A DNA stretch of 41,902 bases from Seison nebaliae (lineage: Eukaryota). This document shows, one piece after another, positions 23,663 to 36,576 of this stretch. The notes beneath the pieces are model-generated. The model was not told the origin of the DNA. It saw only the letters and a list, made by a program, of their open reading frames with translations, and ran no database searches. Positions within the stretch are counted from its first letter, which is position 1. The number at the start of each line of letters is the position of its first letter. The stretch spans positions 1-41,902 of the forward strand of contig JALJEE010001086.1 in NCBI GenBank assembly GCA_023231475.1. The letters run 5' to 3'. The position numbers and the translations under genes are program-made.

Positions 23663-24350
23663 TCACCGGTAATTCTGATGCTGATAGTCAGGAACGGAAT
23701 GATCATATTTCCTTCTTTCAATCACTTCTTTCATGTGGAGTATTTTATTTATTAGGTAAAGGAAATTGTGGTGGGAGACTTTTAGTATGACTCCATCCTG
23801 CCGTGAATGAATGAAAAAAAGGAAGAAATGCAGGAAATCATTTGAAAAAGTAAAAGCATCAGGAAAGAATAAATATTCATAAGTCCACTCATCCTGCACT
23901 ACTAAGAAATTAGCTGAAAGTAGAAATGAATTAAAGGAAATTTAAACTAATTTCTTTTGAATAAAAATTTAACTTACAAGTTAATATTTATCTCCTGAAA
24001 TAGAAGAAGACATTTAATCACATTTTCGCGATTTTTCATCAAAAACTAAATTATTCGAATAATGTTAATTAATGTTTCTTTCATTTCATAGTTCATATAT
24101 ATACAAACATCAAAGTTAGAAAATTTCCCGTGTTATGTTATCAAAACAAAATTCAAACTATTCATTATGGTAATAATATATGACTCATTGATCTATGGAG
24201 TTCTCCTTCAATTCACATATCAAGAAGATATCGCGAATGTGATGTTAAAATTAATTGTGCAAAAATCTAGCTCGAATAATATCACATTCTTTCCTCTCAC
24301 TGGAAATTTCATCAATTTTTTGCATGTAAATTTGAATTTTTTTTTTTAGT
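23663..24350 (-). pseudogene. Possible decayed gene of unknown identity
   Basis: A protein-like minus-strand frame broken by many stops (MQKIDEISSERKECDIIRARFLHN*F*HHIRDIFLICELKENSIDQ*...) leads, via an intron-like segment, to ORF 23663-23899. No recognisable motif and no clean splice solution. Confidence 0.25.
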
Positions 24351-25279
24351 TTCGTTAAGGAAATAAACTTGTCCCAATTTAGCACAATGCAGATCAAGAA
24401 AAGGCACGATTTTTAAATGAGGAAACAGTAGAGTATAGGACATTGTAATATTCCTTTTTTAAATTGTAAAAATTGTATATGAATACAAAAAGACGAATTT
24501 TGCACATCAAAAATTTTCGGCTTCATAATTCTATTTCTGTTAGCAAACGGTAAAGATACAGGTTGCTTCCTTGCGAGTGTTTGCGACGAGTGATTTTACT
24601 TTTTATTTGATATCGTTCTCTATCTGAATCAACTTCCGTTCATTGGTCTCGTTGTTAAACTAATGGAAAAAACAATGTAACGTTAAACGTAATGGTAATG
24701 GAATAACACCATTGAAATACTTTTCCATTTTTTCACCATATTGCAATCTCATAAAATTTCGTTCATTCTTTAAAAACGCAATTCATTTTTACACAATTAA
24801 AGTTTTAATTTTTGTCATAAATCTTTCTTATTATTTTCCTCCTATTTCAGATATTAAACTTTGGTTAAATATTATGATTGCGAATATAATAATATTGAAA
24901 TAGTAATTAATAGATTTTTGTTATGTTCTATTTTGAAAGCAGTTTTAACATGAAAAATATCGAACGCAGAATTTCTAATAAATTTATTGTTATGCAATTT
25001 ATTTTCTTATTTACAAGTCGGAATAAAGACAAGATTTGAATAAATAAAAAATGTAAATTGATAAATATTTCAATTAAAATCAGATCAAATCCTATTCATT
25101 GATTCTATTCCAACTATCATTATCATAACGAACTATGATAGTACTAAACTGATAGTAATCCATTTTTCGATTATCTGATGGACAACTCCAGTGCATTGGA
25201 ATTTCTTTGTTTACAAGATGTTGGACGAATATTTGAATGTCAGATTCAACAAAATTTTCATTTCAATTGTTTTTCATTT

Positions 25280-26753
25280 ATGTTGTTGTTCTATCTTTTG
25301 GTAATTCTTTTAGACTACTTAAAAGTTGATGGATTTAATTGTTCGACTGCAAAATTATTTGTCTCTAATGTCGAAAAAATTCGATATTCCAAAGCAGCAT
25401 CTATGGCTTCAGACCCTAAGTACCAGAAGAAGAAACATGTATATTCAATCGACATAGATTGGATTGAATCTAGTGAAATATGTAACGTTTTGCCATATCC
25501 TGCTACCAAAATGTCACCCTTTTACCCGGTTTCTGTTGCTGGAACAAATTTGAACTTAGCAAATTTTCTCGTTGAATCACTGCCTAATTGGAAACAGGTT
25601 CTAATTATATTTTCTTTAAAATGTCAATATCTTAAGTATGCAAATATATATTAAACTAAAGAAAAAAGTAGGAAAGGGTGGACAAGGTTCGGTTTTCTTA
25701 ATAAGTAGAAAAAGAGGAAACAACACAATTTTTAAGAGTTTGGAATCTTTGGTAGATTGTCATTTTATAATTTTATTCTAGTAATGACTAGGTCAGATAC
25801 AATGCTGGTGGAATTGAATGCTATGAAAGCATTAAAATATCATCCATTAGGACGTTGGCATACACTAAAATTTCTCAGTAATTCAAGAAAGAAAGGAACA
25901 AAACATATGAGAAAAAACCTGCTTGTTCAACAGGTAGAAAGTTAAATTGAATAAAATTGAAAACTGAAAAGTTTTTTACTTCATTAAAGATTTTAAGGTT
26001 GAATATGAAACTCCTGTTAATCAATATTGTATTGAAATGAGTTATGTTAATGGGACAGCTTTTCTGGACGATGATGATTACCAATACCAACTACTTGTGG
26101 ACACAAAGACATTTTACATTTTTGTAATTCTATTATTACGTCAAGTTCAGGCAATTCATTTTACTCTTAACGAATATAAAATATTTGATATGCCTTTAAT
26201 GGACAGCGCTTCATACGCTAATTCACATCAGGATATTCATATTAAAAATATAATGATTACCAATAACTTTTATTATAGTGCAAAGTTGCCCTACATAAAG
26301 GTCCCAATTTTGATCGATTACGGTTTTTTCTTACATAGGATTTATGCAAATGAACATGATGTTGTCAGTGGTTTCTATAACGTTAATTTGAGAAAAGAAT
26401 TAAAAATCGAAGAAAAGAATATAATAGCGAAAAATCGTTTATTGAATGCAGGACAGTCAACCGATTTTTGTACTTTAGGCCATTTGTTTGCAAATATTTA
26501 TACATCCAATGTAGAAGGAAGTAGACCAATGACAACTACTTGTTTTGGACTACGACGGGTTTTAAGTACAAAAGAATTAATGAGTGATAATTTTGGTCCT
26601 ACAATAAAACATATCAACTATGTCACAAATCATTATTCAACTTTACGTAAAATAGCACTACTATTAGAATTAATGTTCAGTTCTATGTTACAATTCAATT
26701 CGTACAAAGTTTGGATCGAAATCGTAAACTTCTTCCAATCTAATACAAATTGA
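25280..26753 (+). CDS. Divergent protein kinase with an N-terminal signal peptide
   Basis: Leader MLLFYLLVILLDYLKVDG. Introns 25598-25661, 25738-25781 and 25941-25989 (or 25934-25997) assemble VGKGGQGSVF, TIFK, VELNAMKALKYHP, IEMSYVNG, HQDIHIKNIMI, ILIDYG and STDFCTLG in canonical kinase order. Confidence 0.82.
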
Positions 26754-27304
26754 GGTAATATACATCTATCGAGATATTTATCGATAATAATTTGTAGATA
26801 AATAAATCTTCGAAAAAAAAAATAAAATAATCAGATAAAATTGACATTTTTTTAAAAGTTTAGCATGAGTTTTTTTTGAAAAATTTCATAGGGTTTGTTA
26901 TAGATTAACCTGAGGATTTTTCCGCATTATATTATGACACTATTTCGTCATCTAATGGAGAATAATCAGTGGTAGTCTAGGCACAATATTTTGATACTTA
27001 CAAATTATAATTGGAATTTACTTAATTTGTTTAGATAAATAGTGTTAAAAAAATTATCATAATGTACTATAAGTTTTATAGTAATAGTTTTAGTAAATAG
27101 TAATTTAAAGTACAAATTACTTTTAATAATTATTTAAATGTTTGAAATTCAACTCAAATACTTGATATAATTGTTCAATTTATTATACAACTAATCATAA
27201 TCAAATCAATTAATTATGAAAATGTTTGTCAAATTGAAGTCATGATTATTCGGTATGATTTTCTGAATGAAGAATTTAGCTTAGTTGAACATCCCAGATA
27301 AATA

Positions 27305-28052
27305 ATGGGTATATTCCAATCGAGAAAGAAGAATAAAATTACAGAAGAAGATAAAGCGATTTTGGTTGTCATTTCAATTAACATACATGTAAATTAATTT
27401 TGTTTGTAGCAATTGAAAAAACAACGAGATACTATTCGAATATATCAGAAACGAATCACTACTCAATTGGAGACTGATCGAGAGAATGCTCGAACATTAC
27501 TCTCCAAAGGCCAAAAAGAGTTTTTAATTAATTTCATTCTTCAAATCTTATTTTCTCCCCATTTCATAGTCGAGCTCTGTTGTTGTTAAAGAAGAAGAAA
27601 CGACAAGAAACTTTATTAGATCGAACAGATAATCAACTACAACAATTGGAGAATTTGGTTTTCAATTTTAATATTATGGGATAAATAATAAAAATTTGAT
27701 TTAGGTTCATGACATAGAATTCTCTCGAATTCAAGTCGATGTCGTCAAACGATTGAGGGAGGGAGCGGATGCATTGAAACATTTGAATTCGTTGTTCGAT
27801 TTGGATGATGTTCACGATATTTTAGCAACGACATCGGAAGCGAAAGAATATGAAGAAGAACTTAATCAAATAATGCATATCGAACCGATGAGTTCGGATG
27901 AAGAAATGGAAATTCAACGAGAATACGAAAAATTGATTGATGAAACAGAGACGATTGATCAATTACCAGCAGTACCTTCCGATGACTTATCGAATAGATC
28001 GAAAGAGAAAAGTAAGAGAAGTGAAAGAGGAAGAATCGCAGTAGCGACTTAA
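27305..28052 (+). CDS. CHMP6: ESCRT-III subunit CHMP6/Vps20
   Basis: Exons 27305-27364, 27410-27519, 27570-27657 and 27705-28052: MGIFQS...ITEEDKAILQLKKQRD...RALLLLKKKK..Q...VHDIEFSRIQ...LPAVP. N-myristoylation Gly2 and a MIM2-like LPxVP motif. Confidence 0.95.
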
Positions 28053-28308
28053 ATAAAATCATCTTTTTTTATTTGCTTTCAACTATTCCCATTCTTTTCT
28101 TATTTATTTCATTCATTTTCGATTAATTATCAAGTAAATCGAATTTCCAGATAAAGTTTCTCTAATAAAAATTAGAAATGATTAATTGAATTTTTCAATG
28201 AAAATATGAAAGAAATCTAAATTAAATTTTCTTTTAGAGAAAATAAAATTTTACAAATAAAAAATTTCATTTAACTTTTAAGAGTGATTTTGTGTCTAAA
28301 ATTAAATT

Positions 28309-30043
28309 ATGTCCAAAATGAAAATTGGAAATGATTTCATGAAGTTCTTCAAACTAAAAATTTTCATTATATATTGTCTGATCATCTCTGTACGGAATTA
28401 TGATTATAATATCACATTTTATACGTCTGATAAAGAAGACTCATCAATCGACCAGAAAGCCTTCATCTACATTACATTAAAACACGCCATCGGATATTCT
28501 GAATTTTTCGAAATCGATCCATCTCAACCATCACTCACTAACACCATACCGTTTCAACGTGGAACTAAAGATCGATATGAAAAAGTTTGGGCTTATGCTC
28601 CACCGAAATATGTCGAATTAATATTCTCTCCACTCAATACGGTGGTGTGGCGCTTAAAAAAAGTTGAAATTCGTTTTCTAATAAAACTCTATCGATTTCC
28701 ATCTCGAATGATATATCATTAACTACAGTTAGTGGTACGAGTAAGATATGGTAAGTATCTGGGTGATTATCATTTTGGTTATGATGATACGAAACAATTT
28801 CCACATTATACGAATGTTCGAATGAAAATAACAAGTTTTTCAGAGTCATCATTCTTAATTTATTAACCTTTTTAATTTAGATGAATATAATTATACATTA
28901 AATGGTGAATTAATCACCGATAAAACGACAACAGTCCAAATTGACAGCACAACAATTACTCCATTGAATGAGGGAAATATTTCAGAAATCATTTCCAATT
29001 TTACAACAACTAACAATTTCCAAGAATTAAATGAATCAACAACAATCGTTTTAATCCCACCGAATAATCAAACTACACTTCATATAACGAAACAAATGGA
29101 TCAAACTACAACTAAACATTTAAACATCGAAAAAACTTCCGTATTGAACATAAAGAAAAGTTCAAATTCCTTATTTAAAAAAACAACCACCATCAGTTCG
29201 AGTATCACCATATTTAAAAAATCCTCTCCATCAATTCGTCCGACCTCTCCCAAATTGATACCTACGACGACTGATCGTAAAATATTACTGATATTAGAAT
29301 CTAAACTACCAATTTTGACTATTAGTAAAACATCTCAGATAAAATTTACATTTATAAGAAGTACCAGAAATTTAACTTCGACTACTATTTCGTCTCATAC
29401 GACATTGAGTACGAAGAAAAAAACAACGAAGGAACGAGAGAAACCATCAAAGATAACTGTTCCCATCATAACGACAACTATAACTACCACATTCACTACT
29501 TCTAATTCGTCGACTATTGAGGAGAGAAGGACAACACTTTTTATGAAACCGCCCATTATTCTACCTGAAATTAAACCAACTCAAAATGAGAAACCTGTTC
29601 CGTCACCCGTTGTAACAACGACGGGAATGTTGGAGAATAATAATGGAACGAATAATATTTCACTTATACAATTGACTCTTTGGAATACGCCTGATCGGTC
29701 GACTCATCCAAATCATCAATTGAATCGAGTGACAATCGATGATGAGACGAAGAATAATCAATCGAAAAGTAGTTCATCTGGTTCTTCGGGTTCGTTTTTC
29801 GATTTTTAAAAATTATTTTTCGATTTTGATTTTAGCTGCTGAAACAATATCTGCTTCGATTCTCATTCCCATCATACTGATCGTTATCATGATAATCATC
29901 ATTCGTTTGAGATTGAAGAGTGACAGTTACTTTTCGTTTTCTTCCAAAAATTGATTAACAGAATTGTTGTAGAAGGCGGAAAACATGTGATTTATCGAGA
30001 TGGTGGAATGACGGTGAATACGATAGAGACAAGATTGGATTAA
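28309..30043 (+). CDS. Type I membrane protein: signal peptide, PLAT/LH2-like domain, Thr/Ser mucin stalk, TM, short tail
   Basis: YNITFYTSD...IYITL...G.SE...FQRGTKDRY...W.LKK fits the PLAT consensus. Introns 28663-28728, 28835-28880, 29790-29835 and 29926-29972. TM ISASILIPIILIVIMIIII. The start may be the ATG at 28339. Confidence 0.72.
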
Positions 30044-30473
30044 TTATTGAATGATTAGAAATGATTTGAAGAGAAGTCTTTCCCCCTTTATTTCTCTTAT
30101 GTGAACTTTCGAAATAAAAAACGACGACGATTGACCTTTTGATAATATGAGATGGTTGCTCTTGCTCCATGTTTGTTTGCGGATCAGAAATGTCACAGCA
30201 GCTGTTTGTCGACTTTCGATCGTTGTGGAATCGTTAACTTCTCTCTAAGTGTCGCGAATAGTTTATTTTACTATTTTGTTCCTCCTATTCCGTTCCTAGT
30301 TGCTGCTAAGGTTACGGTGGCCTCTCATCACTGTGGCGGATTGGATCGGGAGAGATTGGCAGAGAGTCACATTCCAAACAAGTCACAACTCACAAACAGA
30401 AATAAATATATTCCATTTTCTTTCAAAGACTCTCTGAAATCGAATAAAGAATTCGAATGGAATCTTTCTTAAT

Positions 30474-33400
30474 ATGAAAACAGTCGACAATTTAGATCAA
30501 TTATCATCAACCGTCTCCAACGAACTCCCTATCACCACTCACTCACCATCAACATCGCGAAGTACATCAGCAATCGTGGCGAAGAGAACGAGAGATGAAC
30601 AACGTCGTTTTAGTGATAACGACGAATTGTTAATGAAGGAGACTGAAAAGAAACCGAAACAAAATACAGTTTCTCATGAGAACTTGACCGTCATCAACAA
30701 CAACAACGAGATTGATGACGATTCCGATGATGACGATGATAATGGTCAACATAAATATGATGACGATGAGGTTCTAGTTGTTCGAGAGATTGTCGAGCAG
30801 AAAATGAGTCATATTCAACATCTGATACAAACACAAATGCAAAAAAAGAATAAAGAAATCTTATCGGACGAACAAGTCGATATAGAAAAGGAAGATGTGG
30901 AAGAAGAATGTGAAAATAAACTGAGTTTGGAAAAAGATATTGAGAGTGAGAAAGAAACGGAATTAGAATTTGATGTTCATTCATCAATCATCAAATCGTC
31001 AGCGGAAGATGAACACCATAAAATGGAAGAAAGAAATGGAGAAGATGAATGTGAAGAAAATACCATCATTCCATCCGTAGTCCAAGAAACAACTAGTGAA
31101 TGTTGTCTCTCCTCGTCGACATTAGTGAATCATGACATTGAGAGTGATGAATTGAAATTGAATAAAAGTATTATAAAGTGCGAGAAAAATTCGACAATCG
31201 AAGAGAACATGAAAGATAATCTTTCCACAATATCGATTGATGATAAGGACAAGGTTGGTGTTTTTCAATAATTATTTTCAATTTTTTCCTCTTCCTCATT
31301 CGAATACTCTTTTTAAATAACTTTCTCAGATAATTCTTAATCTGTTGAATAATTATTACAATCCGGTGCCAAGTTCGAAGAATGTCATTTAGTTAACGGA
31401 TTGATATCGTCATCTTACTAAACAACAATAATTTCTTTATATATCGATATCATTGATTTCTTCCTGTCAATTTCCATGAGAAGGTATTTCATCTGATGAT
31501 GGAATTGGTTTGAGGAGGAAGTGAATTTGATTGAGATTGATCAAATCCATTAAACATTTTAGGAGATATTGTGTTGTCTAAGGAAATTTCCATTTTAATC
31601 GTGAGATGTTTCTCGTTGGAAATAAAGAAGTTAGGAATGTTTAGATAGTAGTGATGATTATTAGTCACATCTCATTAGTCAGTAAGTAATCGCACCGACT
31701 ATTTTAAGATTTCTCTGAAACGATTAGAGGTCATCTAGGATTTATCACCTATCAAACATATGTTTCGAGATGTAATGACAACATTCTTATAATCTTTTAT
31801 TCTTTTGTCTTATTCTCTTCTCCACATCCAACCAATCATCACTATTATTATTCAGTTCTCTGAAATTTTATGATATCGACAGTTCAGTTTAGAGGAATGA
31901 TTTATTTATTTATGGGGAATTGTGACGCGTATGAAAAGTATCGTTTTCTCGAAGAGATCCGTTTGTAATATCTCGAGATTAACTGTCAATACAAGTCTTC
32001 ATCTATTCTTCTTCATGACTCCCCGCTAAATAGACGAAGTTCGACGAATAATTCTTCCTAATATTCTCCTTGTTCATTGTACAATATTTCTCAAATTTTT
32101 ATCATAGATTATGAACGATAATCATCATTCATCATCATCATCTCCAAATAATCATATCGAAGCTCATGTGTTGTGGTTGAATTCGTCGTTCGGTATGTTG
32201 CCCATTGATACCAATTCAAATATTCTCCAATATCTTCCCGAAAGAAATGGTGATCTGATCAATAATTCAAATTTGACAAATCGACGTCATTCACTTGTCG
32301 ATACATTCAATAATACAAGTCGACTTAATCCGTACACGGGATTGAAGACACATCTCGTTCTCGTTTCCTATTCGCCAACCGACGTCTCAACAACCACAAA
32401 TGTGTCAAATAAAACCGAAAGTACCCCAGTTATCTGTCCATCTCAAAACGATACCGATTCAACATTGAACGATGGTGCAGATTTGGCTTTCCTGTCAAAT
32501 GGACGAGAATTGAAAGCGAAATTCATCGAGAAGAAACACATTCCACTCAATAACAACATTTGTCGTCGAACGAAAGAATTGGAGAAATCATTAAATAACA
32601 TTTTCATTAATCGTATTTCAAAACAAGAGAATTCCATATTATCCAACTGTCTGAAGAAAACGGACAATAATAATAATAATAATAATAATAATTGCAACGA
32701 TAGACAATTATCGTCATCGTCTTCGACATCATCATGGAAAAGAGTTGGTGTCATCGCTAATCTTCAGTAGATAGTCACACCCAAATGAGAAAAGATAAGA
32801 AATCGATTGAGATAATAAGTAAATAAAGGAATTGTAGTCGACACGTTTACTTGTATTGTATACGAAACTATTTCTCTGATTAGGAGTATGGTAGCATACC
32901 ATCATCTAAAGAAAACAATGATAAGAACGAACCAAATATCAAGATGTCAAATGAACAGCCGTCTTAACGGCAAAATGAGAGATTAAGTTAATCAAATGCC
33001 ATAATCGAATATCTCATACACATTCCATCACTTCTCTTTTAAGTCGAGAAACATATATCTCCTTTAAATTAACTTCTCTTTCATTACACTTCTCATTTAT
33101 TATATAATCGACTTCTATTTCCTTTCCTTTCGATTCAAACTTCTTCTTTCATCGAAGGAGATTCCTTAAAAATTCAAAATTTTATTTTATCTCAAACGAA
33201 ATTCTCAACATCTTTCCCTCTATTCCAAACGAAGCTTTCTAAATTTTTTATATTGAAAATTTTCTAGGAATTAGAACAATTCATTGCAAAAACCGTCAAT
33301 AAACAAACGGAGAACAAGAAGAAGAATTCGAATGAGATAACTGTCGTTAGTGTGAACGATAAATTGATAACAATCTCTCCTAACAATTCCATATCACACA

Positions 33401-34717
33401 ACAACAAATCGTCGAATTCAATTAATATTGATGAAACATCAGTAATAAGTGGCAGCACGAATAGTAGTACGGAGAAGAAAGTAATAAAATCAGAAGAAAC
33501 ACAAATTCAATTAAATGAGATAATTTCTGATTCCATCACTCAAGCCACCTCAATTGTTCCTAGTGAATCTCCTCCAATCACCACATCATCATCTATCTCG
33601 AAGAATAGTGAAAGTAATTCGATCGTTACTGCACTGGCATCAGACGTCGCAGCTAAAGCTTCCTTAGGTATTCAAGAATTTTTAAAAAAGCAACAACGTT
33701 TCCTCAATTCCACACAGAAGCAACCCACACAAAGTTTTATTTCTTTTATTTTTATAATTCTTTACTTCATATTTTTCTTAAATTTCAATTTTATAGCGAA
33801 CGTATCAATGATGAGAAATTCGATTGAACAACATAATAGAATAACATATTCTCAAAATAATCATGCTTCACTCTCACCTGAAACACGACCATCATATGAT
33901 GACAATAATGGAAATGTTGAATACGCTTTACCTAATCGACATCAACATCAATCTAATCATCATCAACAACAACAACAACAACAACATAATGATTCGCCCG
34001 ATTATCAGAATTCATACGAAGAGAATGATGGCCCCAATGGTAGTTTCGATGCAGAATTATTAAGTCTACAAGAAATGGAAAGAAAAGGTTCAAAATTATT
34101 TTTCTTCGAATATATTCAAGAATTATTTATTTCGACGTCAGGAATGATCAATGCCAGTCGTAACTGTTCAGCTTATACCATGAGACGTTGTATGTTAAAT
34201 GCGAAAGAAGAACTGGAATGTGTCGATACATTGAGAAAAGTTCTCCTTCTCATTTCATTCACTTTTACTTATTTCACTTAAATAGACTTTAGAGAATAAA
34301 CTCAAAGTTTCCTTACCTGATGATGTCGCTCCAGCTTTGTGTGACGGTGTAGTGCTTTGTCATTTCGTTAATCAATTACGACCAAAAATGGTTCCCTCAA
34401 TCTTCGTTCCATGTGCTAATACGGTTAGAATTTTGATATTCAAATTAAATCTTCTAATAGTTAAAATCAAATGTTCGGACACCAGCCGAAATTGTCGTTA
34501 GCGAAATGCAGAAGAAATGTGGAAAATTTTTTAATCGCTTGCAAAAAAATGGGTGTTATTGATGTTAATATTATTTTAAATTGACAACCGATGACGATAT
34601 TAATAATTTAATTTATTTTAGTTGGATTTATGTAGCGCATCAGAAATCATTGAATGCAAAAATACAATAAAGGTGGCGAGAACGGTAAGCAGTCTGGTTT
34701 ATCTGTGCAAGAAATGA
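30474..34717 (+). CDS. LRCH-like calponin-homology protein with no visible LRR domain
   Basis: C-terminal exons give LENKLKVSLPDDVAPALCDGVVLCHFVNQLRP...PKLSLAKCRRNVENFLIACKKMGV, the LRCH-type CH domain. Introns 31254-32107, 32744-33267, 33734-33796, 34088-34141, 34240-34285, 34424-34485 and 34564-34621. Linkage of the 5' exons is inferred from phase. Confidence 0.8.
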
Positions 34718-35053
34718 GACTATCAATTTAATTAATTTCATTTATTTCCTTACATATTTATTGCGGCAAACTCTCCTTCACGTCTTTTGTTCCTTCTACT
34801 TGTTTTGCTTCTTATCTATCTGTTCGTCGATTTGCTGAATTCCATTTCTTCCTCAACAATTCATATTGTCATTTACCACAACATCTTTGCTCTAGAATTT
34901 ACCATTATTTTCTCCTATAAATTTTCCATTCCATACAACTTGAAAAATAAGAAAGAATGATGGAAACCATCGAATACATGAAACTAAATTTAATTTCCTT
35001 TTTTCACTTGGATCACTTTATTTTCTTCTACTTAAAAAATTTAAATTCGGTTC

Positions 35054-35715
35054 ATGTTGAAACTCCTCCAAATAATTCTACTGCTACTAAATCTTTACTT
35101 CACTTCCTTTTTCTGTTCTCAAGTTGACTCGTTTTCTCAATAAAATTTAAACTTCTCATTTTAGTATAGCACAATACAACGTGCACTTATTTCACAAACT
35201 AAAGCTACTTATCACACATCTATCAATCAAACGAAAATTATTTTTGCTTTACAACTCAAAAGAATTAGTTCATTTCTTCAATTATTGATTAGTAGAACTT
35301 TTCAGAAAATGAATTATTCTTTGCCATGTCTAACACTCGATTGGCATTGGAAGGAATTTTAATAGAAATTACGAAAAGTTTAAGAGAGAAGAGTAAACTA
35401 ATTTCACTCTATGAACATTTATGGTTGTTGGATGTGCGATTAAAACGTTTCACTTCCTTAACAACGGCGACGAAGAAAGCAATAAACAAATTATCACCCA
35501 ATCGTAACATCCATATCAACCAGATAATAAATGATAATCAGATTGAATCGAAAAAGAATATAAACATGAAGAAACCTCCAACAATGCCAAATGCAAAACC
35601 AAATTCGATTAATCACACATCTGAAGAGTTAGCAGACCTTCTACAAATTTATTATAATGAGCAATTACGTGCAAATAAATTGCAAGTTCATGATAACGAT
35701 TATACTCTAACTTAA
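35054..35715 (+). CDS. Orphan secreted protein (about 193 aa)
   Basis: Leader MLKLLQIILLLLNLYFTSFFCSQ. Introns 35123-35164 and 35268-35305 join in frame to ORF 35326-35715. AATAAA follows the stop. Confidence 0.6.
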
Positions 35716-35857
35716 AATTTCCAAAATATAAATAAAAATTTCAAAAATTTTAAAAAGTCATTAATATTTTTTTAATTCAGAAAATGAATAGTTTCCATGA
35801 AAATTTTTATTATATATTCTTTTCTAACAAAATTAATGAGAGGATTTTCAATCATTA

Positions 35858-36576
35858 TCATTTTTTTGAAAATTTTCCATCTACAGATAAAAAGTAAAAA
35901 ACAAATGAGGAATAAGTTTGAACCTGTAGAATAATTCCATTTGTTCTCCGATAAAACCTCTCGATCAGGAAATTGGATATTTGGAAGATTCTTCAAATTG
36001 TTCATTGTATCTGGAAAGCAAAAATAAGTGGCGGTTCCTCCCAAGAACGTCGAATAAAATAATTTTCCGAACACTCCACCTTTAATTAAATTGAATGAAT
36101 TAAAAGTGGAAAAAGTTGTAAAAACTTCGATATGCGATTAATGGTCCCGAAAGGAAACTTATTCCGATTAATGTAAATTGAGGAATTTCATTCTTCTTCT
36201 CATTCCAGAAATCTGAAAAAAACTTCACAATCAATTTCTTTCGGTTAAAAGCAATTTATATACTTAACTTAGCCATAATCGTTTTTGTGACGTGCAAATC
36301 TCATCAACATTTTGAGAAATTGTCTTTTTAATAAAAGTTAAAAATATTTTATCGTATGTTTTCATATTTAAATATTAACAATTACTTGTTCTTTCAACTC
36401 ATCTTTTTGTGCAAATAATTTTTTGGTATCGATTAATTCTGGTAAATTTCCTTCTTCTTTTATCGATAATGATATTTGAGATTCTTCTTCTTTTGGATAA
36501 ATATTTAACTTAAAATATTGAATAATTTTCAAATAATTTAAAAAATAAGAACTTCGTTAATCTTTGAAATTTTCAT
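35858..36576 (-). CDS. MICOS subunit MIC26/MIC27 (apolipoprotein O family)
   Basis: Exons 36576-36553, 36508-36386, 36323-36269, 36212-36126, 36079-35924 and 35880-35858. LNIYP motif and PQFTLIGISFLSGPLIAYRSGVFGKLFYSTFLGGTATYFCFP match the ApoO double hydrophobic segment ending in CYP/CFP. Confidence 0.7.

Noticed and set aside
24520..24640. Minus-strand peptide SKITRRKHSQGSNLYLY faintly like the RT QG motif
   Set aside because: Too short and no neighbouring RT motifs, so a second LINE remnant cannot be supported.
33734..33796. Stop-free 63-nt intron that would encode a TM-like segment if retained (also the 54-nt intron at 34088-34141)
   Set aside because: T-rich introns translate as Phe/Ile/Leu by composition, and good GTT..AG ends make ordinary splicing the simpler reading.
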